Virus record (IMG/VR): IMGVR_UViG_3300008107_000017
Coordinates: 1-64,000 of that record
DNA length: 64,000 nt
Source: a virus
Reading direction: 5' to 3' (one strand)
The notes under the pieces were generated by a model that worked only from the letters and a program-made list of their open reading frames with translations, was not told the origin of the DNA and made no database searches. How positions within the stretch are numbered: the first letter of the stretch is position 1; each line of letters opens with the position of its first letter. The position numbers and the translations under genes were made by a program. Positions 47,485 through 57,283 of the stretch are shown here, one piece after another.

Positions 47485-48279
47485 AGCTTTTTCTAATGTA
47501 ATCTTAGGCCAGGTATTTAATAAACTATTTGGAGATGCATTATAGACTTCAATTCCTTTTGTCTTAAGTAGATCTGCAAGTATCTTAAATCCTGGGATAA
47601 ATTGATCCCTGTAAATATTATCACCTGTTACCGGAACTGGATATCCATCATGATGATGTCCTCTTTTACCATCATTACCCATATCATATCCTAAAAGAAT
47701 AATTCGTTTTGCTCCTAAATGGTATGCAAGATTAATAGCAGCATATCCGCTATTATTACCATGTGATAGCGTATCTTTGGCTTCTTCTAAACCAAACTTA
47801 TTACCTTTTCTTAAAATCTTAATGTCGCCTATATATGATGGGTGATCTCGTATTGTATATTTAGGGCCTTTGAAATTATCAATGTCGGCTTTCATCCAGG
47901 AATAAACCCTAGAATCTGTCCAATAAAGAACATTTGCTTGAGGAAACGAAAGTAGTGATTTATTGATTGCAATGGTTTTCTTACCATAAAGACCAGACCA
48001 ATTAAAATCTTGAAGAGATGGCCCACCCCCTATAATGAAAACGGTTTCACCTAACCAAATAGGTTCAATTTTACTTATTGGTCTTTTTGTTACTTCAGCC
48101 GATGTTGTAATACTAAGATTTCTTCGCTGTATTGTTGGTATATTATCATTAGCAACAACTACTCTTCCTAACCTATTACTAGATTGCCCTTTCTTAATTA
48201 CAGTTGGAGGTAATCCCTTATTCTCTTTTATGACAGGAACTCTTCTGTCATTACCAAGTAATTTTCTTACTCTTCTCAT
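47470..48279 (-). CDS. DUF115/MptE/Maf-like protein (sialyltransferase-like fold)
   Basis: IIGGGPSL, IAIN, NSGYAAINLAYHLGAKRIILLGYDM, VYNAS; minus-strand late-type GGATAAATA at about 48301-48309. Confidence 0.72.
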   Translation of the reverse strand: MRRVRKLLGNDRRVPVIKENKGLPPTVIKKGQSSNRLGRVVVANDNIPTIQRRNLSITTSAEVTKRPISKIEPIWLGETVFIIGGGPSLQDFNWSGLYGKKTIAINKSLLSFPQANVLYWTDSRVYSWMKADIDNFKGPKYTIRDHPSYIGDIKILRKGNKFGLEEAKDTLSHGNNSGYAAINLAYHLGAKRIILLGYDMGNDGKRGHHHDGYPVPVTGDNIYRDQFIPGFKILADLLKTKGIEVYNASPNSLLNTWPKITLEKALTFK

Positions 48280-48364
48280 TGATGTCTTATATGATTTTTT
48301 TATTTATCCTTAGTAAAACTATCACTCAGGTTTGCATATAAAAATAAACAATAGTATCTTAATT

Positions 48365-49327
48365 ATGAGAAATGTACAGAATATTCTTTTAACTGAAAAG
48401 TACCGGCCACAAAACTTAGATGATCTTATTACACCTAAACGAGTAGGTGATAAATTATCAAAGGGTGTTTATCAACATCTTCTTTTACATGGTAGTCCAG
48501 GTACAGGTAAAACATCCGCTGCTAAAGCATTGGTTAAACATTTTAAGCATCCATATCTTTATATTAATGCATCAACAGATACCTCGGTTGATATTGTTAG
48601 AAATCGTATTACTGACTTCTGCGCAAACCGTTCCATTATGGATGAACCTGGTAAACTTAAGGTTATTATCCTAGATGAGATTGATGGTGTATCTGATCAA
48701 TTTTTTAAAGCCCTTCGTGCAACAATGGATCAATTTGCATCCAATGCCAGATTTATTGCAACATGTAATTACATTAATAAGGTTCCAGATCCAATTCAAT
48801 CAAGATTTGAAATGATTGATTTTGATTTTACGAAGGAGGAGGAAATGGAAATTATGAAAGGTTACATAATGAGAATTTTACAAATCTGTAAAGAAGAAGG
48901 AATTGGAATTGATAAACATGCAGCTGTTGAATTGGTAAAAAGAAAATTTCCGGATCTTCGTAATATGCTTAATCAACTTCAAGGGTTTAAATCCCAAGGT
49001 AAGGAAACTATTACTGTTGAAGATATTAAGAAGTTTAGTTCGGTTTACAAAGATGTTTATGATCTTATTATTGATAACACTGACCCGGTAAAAAATTACC
49101 AATATATGTTATCAAATTATGCAAACCGAGTAGATGATGTACTCTCTTCCTTAGGCGCTGAATTTATTGAATACATACAACAGGAAAGACCTTCTTATAT
49201 TCAATTCATACCGCAAACAATTGTAACGGTTTCAAAGTATCAATCGCAAAGACAACTTGTAATTGATCCTGCTGTATCAATGCTCGCTTGTATTTATGAA
49301 TTGCAATCAATATTAAATGGTGCATAA
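48365..49327 (+). CDS. Clamp loader large subunit (gp44/RFC-like)
   Basis: EKYRP, GSPGTGKTS, INAS, ILDEID, TCN, SRF, FPDLR. Confidence 0.92.
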   Translation: MRNVQNILLTEKYRPQNLDDLITPKRVGDKLSKGVYQHLLLHGSPGTGKTSAAKALVKHFKHPYLYINASTDTSVDIVRNRITDFCANRSIMDEPGKLKVIILDEIDGVSDQFFKALRATMDQFASNARFIATCNYINKVPDPIQSRFEMIDFDFTKEEEMEIMKGYIMRILQICKEEGIGIDKHAAVELVKRKFPDLRNMLNQLQGFKSQGKETITVEDIKKFSSVYKDVYDLIIDNTDPVKNYQYMLSNYANRVDDVLSSLGAEFIEYIQQERPSYIQFIPQTIVTVSKYQSQRQLVIDPAVSMLACIYELQSILNGA

Positions 49328-49328
49328 T

Positions 49329-49493
49329 ATGTCAGATAATTTACTAAATGAATTAATTAAGAGATATCCTAATCATTTTGCATTAGGTGAAGCAGTAAAA
49401 AGATTTTGGGAGTTTAAGAGAGAAAGATCTAATCAATCACAAGAACAGATTGAAAAAGAATTCCTTATTATAAACTTTCAGTTTAATTCTTGA
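49329..49493 (+). CDS. 54-aa hypothetical protein (not in the ORF track)
   Basis: MSDNLLNELIKRYPNHFALGEAVKRFWEF...; ATG 1 nt after the gp44 stop, TGA at 49491-49493. Confidence 0.55.
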   Translation: MSDNLLNELIKRYPNHFALGEAVKRFWEFKRERSNQSQEQIEKEFLIINFQFNS

Positions 49494-49524
49494 CCTGTTA
49501 TATTTTAATAAATTACAAAAATAG

Positions 49525-50739
49525 ATGAAAAAAACAGGTAGACACACACTAGTTGTGGATGGAAATTATTTTCTATTCAGAACATTATATGTCTTGCCTC
49601 GTCTAGGTAAGTCTAAAGAATTACTAGGTTCTTCTGAAGAGTCTCAATCCTTTATGGCAAAACTCGCAACTGATTTTGCATACCAGGTTAGATTATTTGA
49701 AGGTCTTATTGATAAAATTGTATGGACGGTAGATTCTCGTTCATGGCGTAAGGACTTTTACCCAGAGGCAGATTATAAAGGAAATCGTAAACAAGATTCC
49801 ACTATTAACTGGGAAAACTTTTCTAAAGTATCAGAAGACTTTATTGGTCTCTTGGTTCGTCAGGGTGTAATTGTTTCAAAAATTGATGGAGCCGAAGGTG
49901 ACGATTTAATGTATGCATGGAATACTGAATCTTTAGCCAATAACAAATCAGTAATTATGTTTACTGGTGACCGTGATATTGTTCAATTAGTTTGTAAAAA
50001 TAATGATACTCATACTATCCTATTTTCACCGGCTCATAAGAAACTCTATACCTATCAAGGCTTCTCTGAATGGATGAATACTGAAGAACAAGAAACATCA
50101 ACAGATATCTTTGATCTTATGAAGGTTTCAGTTTCACCAGAAAATCAAGCAAAGAAGCTATTACAAACTTTGGTAAAAAAGAAAAAGGTTGATATCATAG
50201 AGGTTGACCCCGAAGAGTTTCGTTTTAGAAAAGTTCTTACCGGTGATGCTGGTGATAATGTTACTCCTGCATATTGGTATGTATCTAAAGATCGCCGTTA
50301 TGGAATCAGCGAAAAGAAGGCAGAAGAAATTGTTTCTGAATTCAAACAGAAGCATGGCGTCCTTTCTCATATGTATCTTTATAATGATGAGTTGGTAACT
50401 GACCTTGCCAATATCATTATTCGTGTTATGAAGGCTAAACATATGACCAGGGAACAGATCATTGCCAATATTAAATCAAACGTAAACTTAATGGTTCTTT
50501 CTGCCGAATCTATCCCAGAGGGTATCCTAGACGAAATGTTTCGCTCTATTGAGTCTAAGATTAGTTTAAATACTTTAAAGATTAATGGTGTTTCTTCAAT
50601 GAAATCAATTTTAGAAAATAGCCCATATAAGACAGAAGATACCTCAATAGCAGTTTCATCTAAGATCTTTAAAGATGATGAAGATGACTCTGATTTTTCT
50701 TTCATATCAGATCGTAAACAAAAGGGAAAAATATTTTAA
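49525..50739 (+). CDS. rnh: T4 RNase H-like 5'-3' exonuclease
   Basis: VVDGN, SWRK..YP..YKGNR, AEGDD, TGDRD, GDAGDNV. Confidence 0.88.
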   Translation: MKKTGRHTLVVDGNYFLFRTLYVLPRLGKSKELLGSSEESQSFMAKLATDFAYQVRLFEGLIDKIVWTVDSRSWRKDFYPEADYKGNRKQDSTINWENFSKVSEDFIGLLVRQGVIVSKIDGAEGDDLMYAWNTESLANNKSVIMFTGDRDIVQLVCKNNDTHTILFSPAHKKLYTYQGFSEWMNTEEQETSTDIFDLMKVSVSPENQAKKLLQTLVKKKKVDIIEVDPEEFRFRKVLTGDAGDNVTPAYWYVSKDRRYGISEKKAEEIVSEFKQKHGVLSHMYLYNDELVTDLANIIIRVMKAKHMTREQIIANIKSNVNLMVLSAESIPEGILDEMFRSIESKISLNTLKINGVSSMKSILENSPYKTEDTSIAVSSKIFKDDEDDSDFSFISDRKQKGKIF

Positions 50740-50740
50740 T

Positions 50741-51031
50741 ATGACGTCAAGAATGCAAAAAAGAGTAGATGATGCGATGATGGAATGTTATCGTCGTCTT
50801 TTTAGAGAATCAACTCCTAGTGGCAATTTTGACTATTTAGTTGAAACTGCTTCTTTAAATGACAGAGGTCAAAAAGAGATACCTTTTTTAGATTATGAAT
50901 TAGAAGAAAGTAAATGGGAACCTATTTTTAAAGAAATTTATAAAGAATATAAGATCCCTAAATATCTTAGACAATCATTTAGAATATCTATTGTTTTAGG
51001 ATGTTCCCCTAAAACAAAAATGAACTGTTAA
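50741..51031 (+). CDS. Hypothetical protein
   Basis: ATG 50741 directly after the rnh stop; ends LGCSPK. Confidence 0.6.
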   Translation: MTSRMQKRVDDAMMECYRRLFRESTPSGNFDYLVETASLNDRGQKEIPFLDYELEESKWEPIFKEIYKEYKIPKYLRQSFRISIVLGCSPKTKMNC

Positions 51032-51050
51032 AGTATAATAAAAAAGGAGT

Positions 51051-51467
51051 ATGCAATTATTTGACTACATAAAGGTTTTATTTGGTAAAGACGCACAATG
51101 GGATAAAGTTTCTAGTTATGATAAGTCTCGTAATTCTTTTATGACCAATCGTTTTATGAGTATTAAATTTCCTATCCAGGCAAATCTGTTTAATACTCTT
51201 AAAATTGATCCAGTAGGACAGGCAGAAGCATGGAGAATGGTTGCTTCAAAGTTTAATAAAGTTCCAGGTTTTATTTACACAAAGGTAAAGAAACAAGAAA
51301 AAGAAAAGCAATGGTCACCAGATCCAAAGGCCGTTGAACTTTATATGAAATTTAATGAAATTGGTCATAGAGAGTTTAAAGAATGCCTAAAATATAACCC
51401 ATCAGAAGTCCGAACCGCGATAGATATATTAGAAAAACAGATGGGAAATGATGCTAATAGACAATAA
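51051..51467 (+). CDS. Possible clamp loader small subunit (gp62-like)
   Basis: LFDYI..., FMTNRFMS and FIYTK pattern and size; middle-type promoter upstream. Confidence 0.45.
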   Translation: MQLFDYIKVLFGKDAQWDKVSSYDKSRNSFMTNRFMSIKFPIQANLFNTLKIDPVGQAEAWRMVASKFNKVPGFIYTKVKKQEKEKQWSPDPKAVELYMKFNEIGHREFKECLKYNPSEVRTAIDILEKQMGNDANRQ

Positions 51468-52119
51468 GTTTGAGTTAGGTATTCCAACTCACATTTACTT
51501 TACTCTTTATAAGTTTGATCTCATTGATAGTATTATCATATCAAGAGTCATAAAAGAGTGTAAAAACTGGAATGAATCCGGTGATGAAAATCTTTTCACC
51601 GTTGATGTAGAATCTTTTAAGTCTGCTATTAGAGGTAATAAAAGACTGGATCATGAGATCACAAAAGCCGAGGTAGATGGTCTTGCTGCAATGCCTGGTA
51701 ATAAACCTAATTCGGTTACCTTTCTTTGGTCAATTATAGAAAGGCTAGAAAATCTAGAGTGGATGACATTTAGTATTTCTTATGATAAAAAATTCTCAAG
51801 AGTTGTTAAGATTGAGAATAAGGAAATTATGAGCTTTTATTTTAAGATAGAAGAAGGTATTTTTGACTTAACTCAAGTATTCCAAAGAAGCCAACTCGAT
51901 ATTATTAATAAAAAGATTATTGAGTACAAAATAATGCCTAACAAGTATTTAGAAAGATCTTCATATTTTTATATGAAAGCTTCACTTTTATTTGAAATTT
52001 TAGGCCAACTTGAAATTGATGGTACTCTTGGAACATTTGATCTTCTTGATCATATTGATCAAAAACTAGAAGAAGATGATCCTACCCTTTTGGTTAAGAC
52101 AGACTATACTCCTTATTAA
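51448..52119 (+). CDS. Hypothetical protein
   Basis: 223-aa ORF with codon use consistent with the genome. Confidence 0.65.
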   Translation: MMLIDNKFELGIPTHIYFTLYKFDLIDSIIISRVIKECKNWNESGDENLFTVDVESFKSAIRGNKRLDHEITKAEVDGLAAMPGNKPNSVTFLWSIIERLENLEWMTFSISYDKKFSRVVKIENKEIMSFYFKIEEGIFDLTQVFQRSQLDIINKKIIEYKIMPNKYLERSSYFYMKASLLFEILGQLEIDGTLGTFDLLDHIDQKLEEDDPTLLVKTDYTPY

Positions 52120-52143
52120 GGAATATATAAACAAAAAGGTCTT

Positions 52144-52572
52144 ATGAAAAGTTTTTTAAGGAGATGTTGCGAATCTAAGCGTGAATGCGTAACATATCTT
52201 GTGGTACTTTTATGGTTAGCTGTAGGTATTACTGCAACATATTTTGAAACCGATTTTACTGCTTTGGCTGCATATTTTGTTTCTTTAACAGGTTTCGTTG
52301 CTTCATATATATTTGGTGAAAGCGTTCGTAGAAGTAAAAATTCTTCAATATTTTTGCCAGGCCCTAACAGTAGAAGAGAAGTAATGATGTACATTACAAT
52401 TGGATTATGGCTAGCCGTAGGTTTATGGGTAATCGTAAATGGTTCAGATCTTATTGGAGTAAGCGCATATTTTGCAGCATTAACACCGTTTGTAGGTTCA
52501 TATATTTTAGGTGAAACTTTCAAAAAGGAAGTGGTTGAAGTTGAAGAAATAGAACAACAAATAAATTCTTAA
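52144..52572 (+). CDS. Four-TM membrane protein made of two homologous halves (holin candidate)
   Basis: S(K/R)RE...Y....LWLAVG...D.....AYF..LT.FV.SYI.GE occurs twice; late promoter at 52121. Confidence 0.7.
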   Translation: MKSFLRRCCESKRECVTYLVVLLWLAVGITATYFETDFTALAAYFVSLTGFVASYIFGESVRRSKNSSIFLPGPNSRREVMMYITIGLWLAVGLWVIVNGSDLIGVSAYFAALTPFVGSYILGETFKKEVVEVEEIEQQINS

Positions 52573-52575
52573 TAC

Positions 52576-54534
52576 ATGGCCGTTATAGGAACAACAACAA
52601 ATGAAAATGGCGATGCTATTTTAATAAGTCTTCAAGAGCCTTACAAGAATGTTGTTGAGGTATTAAGTTATAGTGATCAAACCGAAGGTGAATCTACATC
52701 AGTTTATTTTAGTAAATCTTTTAGATGGGGTATTGATGGAGTTACCTATTCTGATTGGATCTCATTAACTAATGCGAATCTAGACGGTTTGTTACTCAAT
52801 CCGATTAATCCATTTTGGGTGCAGTATAAGTATGAACAGGTGGGCGATGGCACACTAGAATTTAAGTCTATATCACTCGAAATAGTTACAGATGGTGGAA
52901 TGATTTGTAAAATTCCACAAATTAATTGTTGTGATAGCGGTTCATTATCAGGTGCGCAAAACCTTGTTATTGATTGCTGTGGTTCATCCTGGAACCCGTA
53001 TGATTTGTCCAGGGCATCACAGATGTATAACCAACTTTCTGCTGTTGCATCAAATTTATTTGGTTTTTGTGTTAAGTACTTTAAGACTGCTGCAGATCAA
53101 AGAAGTAAAGATGTTATCCTAAAAGAATATTCTTTATTTAATGTTATCTCAACTGCAGAAGTTAAGATAATGTTTCCTGATAACCAATTACCAACAAGGG
53201 ACATTCAGTATAATCCTCTTATGATGGATTTTCCTGTACAGTTTGAGGTGCATATTGTTAAATCAGCATTTGAACAAGTATTTGGTGTTGGTGCAAGACC
53301 ACAGATGAGAGACTATTTGTATTTTGAACAATATATGAACAGAATGTATGAAGTTGATGCTGTTACTGAAGCGGATGACTTTTTATATACCGGATCATAT
53401 TGGAGAGTAAGTCTTGTACCTTATCAACAAAGAACGGCTGTTCTCTATCCTAATAAAAACATTGAAGCTGAAAAGAATGCATTGGTAAGTGACCTTGAAT
53501 CTAAGTTTGGTGAAGAGGCTAATAAAGAATACGATGATGTAAGAAAGCCTAATCAATATAACACTATAGGTACTTTATCAAATGATTATGTTAGAAGAAT
53601 ACTTGATAAGAGACTTTTAATTAAAGAGGAGAATGTTTATAATAACTGGACTATTATTTCCAAATATCACTATCAGTTGTCCTCAATGGAAACAGGCATA
53701 GAAGGTGTTGAGTACAGATATAATAAAGGATGGAAAGAAACCGATGATAGAGCATTTACTTTTTGGGTAAGACCAAAATACACAAATCCTATTGGGATAA
53801 ATGTGGCAATCACAGGCATAACTAATAGCGGAGGAAAGGTAAAACTTAATACTTCAGGTTTACCTACCCTGTCACAAACCCTCTCTGTTGGAAATTGGGT
53901 TAAGGTTGCTGGTACCGCATCATATAACGGTATTCATAAAATAACCGCAATAGGATCTACTAGTATTAATATTGATGTAGACTATATTGATAATACATTC
54001 CAAGGTACTCCTAGATTTAACAGAGAGGCAAGTAATACCTTTATGGTTTATGAAACGTCTCTTTTACCACCTGCTCAACTTGTAGAATTCACATACACAC
54101 CAAATTGGTTTATAGTAAAGTTGGATGGTAACTATTTTAAGTATAATTTACAATCACAAGGTCTATCTCTTATTGAGAATAATTGGTATGCATTCGTAAT
54201 TAATCTTAATTCTATTGCAAAACAATTAAGCCTGTTTGGATATGAAACTCTTGATAAAACAGGTGCAATTAATCCAAAAAATAGCGCTCAATTAACAAAG
54301 ATATTTTCTGAGACCAAATTGTATACACCGATTGAAATACCAGATTTTAATTCATGGAAACTATTAGGGTGTAAAACAGACCTAACTAACCTTCGTATTT
54401 GGAGTAAACCTATTGAAGAAGAATTACAGGAATTGATATTATCACAATATGTAGTAAAAGATACTCATTTAACTTTACTACTGGATAATGCTGCACCACA
54501 ACTATTACTACAGAAAGAAACCAATCCTAGATAA
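52576..54534 (+). CDS. Neck/head-closure protein (gp14-like) with added beta-rich domains
   Basis: Central G..VKYF...D.ILKEYSL...FEVHI.K..FE..FG....P...DYLYF....RMYEV region; C-terminal LamG-like segment. Confidence 0.55.
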   Translation: MAVIGTTTNENGDAILISLQEPYKNVVEVLSYSDQTEGESTSVYFSKSFRWGIDGVTYSDWISLTNANLDGLLLNPINPFWVQYKYEQVGDGTLEFKSISLEIVTDGGMICKIPQINCCDSGSLSGAQNLVIDCCGSSWNPYDLSRASQMYNQLSAVASNLFGFCVKYFKTAADQRSKDVILKEYSLFNVISTAEVKIMFPDNQLPTRDIQYNPLMMDFPVQFEVHIVKSAFEQVFGVGARPQMRDYLYFEQYMNRMYEVDAVTEADDFLYTGSYWRVSLVPYQQRTAVLYPNKNIEAEKNALVSDLESKFGEEANKEYDDVRKPNQYNTIGTLSNDYVRRILDKRLLIKEENVYNNWTIISKYHYQLSSMETGIEGVEYRYNKGWKETDDRAFTFWVRPKYTNPIGINVAITGITNSGGKVKLNTSGLPTLSQTLSVGNWVKVAGTASYNGIHKITAIGSTSINIDVDYIDNTFQGTPRFNREASNTFMVYETSLLPPAQLVEFTYTPNWFIVKLDGNYFKYNLQSQGLSLIENNWYAFVINLNSIAKQLSLFGYETLDKTGAINPKNSAQLTKIFSETKLYTPIEIPDFNSWKLLGCKTDLTNLRIWSKPIEEELQELILSQYVVKDTHLTLLLDNAAPQLLLQKETNPR

Positions 54535-54564
54535 GCTAGAATATATAATCTAAATTAAGGATTA

Positions 54565-55182
54565 ATGAAAGAAGATTCTAAACATAAATTTAGAGATAGC
54601 CTTGGAGACTTATTAAATGATTTACCTGATGAGGTACCTGGTTTAGAAGATACCCCACAATTACCAAAGGTTAGAGCAGAAGGAACACAAGCTGTTGCAT
54701 TACAAACCGCAAAGAATAAGGCCCAGCGGGTTATGAATAATCTTCTTAAGTTCTATTTAAGTGAAGAGATTATTGAGGAGCATGAATACATTAAGGTTAA
54801 AGCAGAGCTAGATGAATATGCATTAGGTATGCTTATTCGCCAAATGCAAAATAGTGAAACTGCAATTTCAACATTAATGGATACTATTAATGAAGGTGAC
54901 GTTTCGCCTAGAATGTTTGAAGTACTTAGCGACCTACAGAGAACACTTTTAGATATCATTAAAAGTCAAACCATGTATATGGTTGCAATTGAAGAGAATG
55001 CTAAAAAGCTTTCCAGGGATATTGATGTTTATCATGGGGGTGCTAATACTGATACTGCTCAAAAGAAATCCGGTAACACTGGTGTTAAGGCAAGAGGAAC
55101 TAAGGATCTTATGAGAGCCTTACAAGATAGTATTAACGAAGAAGATATACAAGATGTCGATGCAGATCAAACTGAAGAATAA
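54565..55182 (+). CDS. Terminase small subunit (gp16-like)
   Basis: SPRMFEVL..LQ and GTKDLM motifs; lies upstream of the large terminase gene. Confidence 0.6.
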   Translation: MKEDSKHKFRDSLGDLLNDLPDEVPGLEDTPQLPKVRAEGTQAVALQTAKNKAQRVMNNLLKFYLSEEIIEEHEYIKVKAELDEYALGMLIRQMQNSETAISTLMDTINEGDVSPRMFEVLSDLQRTLLDIIKSQTMYMVAIEENAKKLSRDIDVYHGGANTDTAQKKSGNTGVKARGTKDLMRALQDSINEEDIQDVDADQTEE

Positions 55183-55426
55183 CTATGTTCTTACAAAAGA
55201 GATCATAGAAGAAAAAGTAACCGAAGGTGGAATTATACTTCCAACCGAAAAGTATAATCGTAAATGTATTGTAATTAAGTCCTCATCCGAAGATGTTAGA
55301 GATGGGCATACAATCATAAAAACAATTGGTAAGGGTACGATTTTTAATATAGACGGAGAAGAATACGAAGCTCTACATGAAAATCATATCTTAGCTATAA
55401 TAGAAGAAGATGGCACAGAAACCTAG
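55154..55426 (+). CDS. GroES-like co-chaperonin
   Basis: Mobile loop EKVTEGGIILP and C-terminal IDGEEY..LHENHILAII. Confidence 0.8.
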   Translation: MSMQIKLKNNYVLTKEIIEEKVTEGGIILPTEKYNRKCIVIKSSSEDVRDGHTIIKTIGKGTIFNIDGEEYEALHENHILAIIEEDGTET

Positions 55427-57227
55427 AGCAGAAAGCGCAGGATTTGAGTTTAAGATTGGCGCTGCAGAAGAATCCTTTTCATGGACATCAGAAAAGGTTG
55501 AACAACTTATGCTTGCATTAGAGGAAGGGTATAAACCTAAAGCAACTCCTTTCTATGAAGGTAATTCTAATCTTAGGAAGGGAAACATAGTTTTTAATTA
55601 TACACCGCATGAGATTAGAGAAATAAAGAAATGCGCAACTGATATTGTTTATTTTGCAAATACTTATTGTACCGTAATGACCGATCATGGTCTTCAGACA
55701 ATTAAGTTAAGAGGATATCAGGAAGAGATGTTAAGACAATTTCAAAAGGAAAGATTTAATTGTTGTTTAGCATCTCGTCAGATTGGTAAAACAATTTGCT
55801 CATCAATTTTTATTGCATGGTACTCTTTATTTAATTTTGATAAGAATTCTCTTGTACTTTCAAACAAAGGGGCTACCACTCGTGAAATTATTGATAAAGG
55901 AAAAACGATTCTTGAACACTTACCGTTTTTCTTAAAGCCTGGTGTTATTAAATGGGATGTATTTAATTCCAAGTTTGATAATGGCTGTCGTATTATTGGT
56001 CAAACCACTACAAAGAAAGCCGCAATTGGTTTTACAATTCACTTACTGTTTATGGATGAGTTCGCTCACATCCCACAGAACTTCGTGGAAACATTTTATG
56101 AAAACGTTTATCCTACTGTATCTGCTTCTTCAAATTCAAAGGTAATTATTACAAGTACACCGAACGGATTTAATAAGTTTTATGATATTTACTCATCTGC
56201 AGAAAAAGGATTAAATGAATATTCACCGTTTAGGGTTGACTGGTGGGATGTTCCTGGTAGAGACGAGGCATGGATGAGGCAAGAAGTTGCTAACCTTGGT
56301 TCAGAGGAGGCTTTTAATAGACAATACGGAAATCAGTTTATAGCAAGTTCTTCTCTCTTATTAGGCGCAGATAGTCTTAAAAAGCTTCAACAAAACCAAA
56401 AAGAATTTATTCATAAAGAGATTCCTGAATTTGAGGATGAGAACATTGAGTATGCAGGCTTATTATGGGATCCTGATTTTAATCTTGATGAAATTGAAGA
56501 AGATACAAATTATTGGGTCTTTTCAATTGATATTGCAGAAGGAAATGGTGGTGACTATTCAATTATAAATATCTTTAAGATTGAAATCATGGATGAGCAG
56601 GACTGGAAAAAGATAACCTCGCCTGGGTCGTTTGTAGACTTTTTTAGACTTAGACAAATAGGAAGATTTAGAAGTAATGAACATACTATAGAAGAATTTG
56701 CAAAAGCTGTTTATATTTTATCATTTGATATGTTTCATTCAGAAAACGTAAAACTAATAATCGAGTGGAATATGTTTGGCGGTGAATTAATTAAGAGACT
56801 GGAAACTGTCTTTCCACAGAGAAATGAATTTGATGAAGAAATGGTTGTTAAGTTTAAACATCGTATTGATGCAAGAACTAAAAACTTTGGTCTTAAAATC
56901 AAAAAAGATAATAAACCTATCTTTTGTCAAAACTTTAAGAAATATATAACCCAGAATAGAATTGTAATTAAAGATAAGAAAACTGTGTATGAAGCCTCTA
57001 CGTTTGGAAAGATGCCTAATGGAACATATGCAGGACAATTAGGTCATGACGATCTTATAATGACCAGCATAAATAGTTCAGAATTTTTCTTTACTTTAGA
57101 CTTTTCCGACTTTGTTGAAGAGATTTATGATACCGTAGAAGAATCTCTACAAACTAAGATTGATGAGATCTTAGAAAAGGATTCTAAGGGAGGAAATCTC
57201 AATTACGATATTTATGATCTTGTGTAG
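55410..57227 (+). CDS. Terminase large subunit (gp17)
   Basis: LRGYQ, SRQIGKT, FMDEFAH, ITSTPNG.N.FY, DIAEG.GGDYS, HDDLIM. Confidence 0.95.
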   Translation: MAQKPRAESAGFEFKIGAAEESFSWTSEKVEQLMLALEEGYKPKATPFYEGNSNLRKGNIVFNYTPHEIREIKKCATDIVYFANTYCTVMTDHGLQTIKLRGYQEEMLRQFQKERFNCCLASRQIGKTICSSIFIAWYSLFNFDKNSLVLSNKGATTREIIDKGKTILEHLPFFLKPGVIKWDVFNSKFDNGCRIIGQTTTKKAAIGFTIHLLFMDEFAHIPQNFVETFYENVYPTVSASSNSKVIITSTPNGFNKFYDIYSSAEKGLNEYSPFRVDWWDVPGRDEAWMRQEVANLGSEEAFNRQYGNQFIASSSLLLGADSLKKLQQNQKEFIHKEIPEFEDENIEYAGLLWDPDFNLDEIEEDTNYWVFSIDIAEGNGGDYSIINIFKIEIMDEQDWKKITSPGSFVDFFRLRQIGRFRSNEHTIEEFAKAVYILSFDMFHSENVKLIIEWNMFGGELIKRLETVFPQRNEFDEEMVVKFKHRIDARTKNFGLKIKKDNKPIFCQNFKKYITQNRIVIKDKKTVYEASTFGKMPNGTYAGQLGHDDLIMTSINSSEFFFTLDFSDFVEEIYDTVEESLQTKIDEILEKDSKGGNLNYDIYDLV

Positions 57228-57283
57228 AAAAGTGGCTATGCCGTGGATATATAAAAAAAGCAATAAAAAAAATATAATACAAG

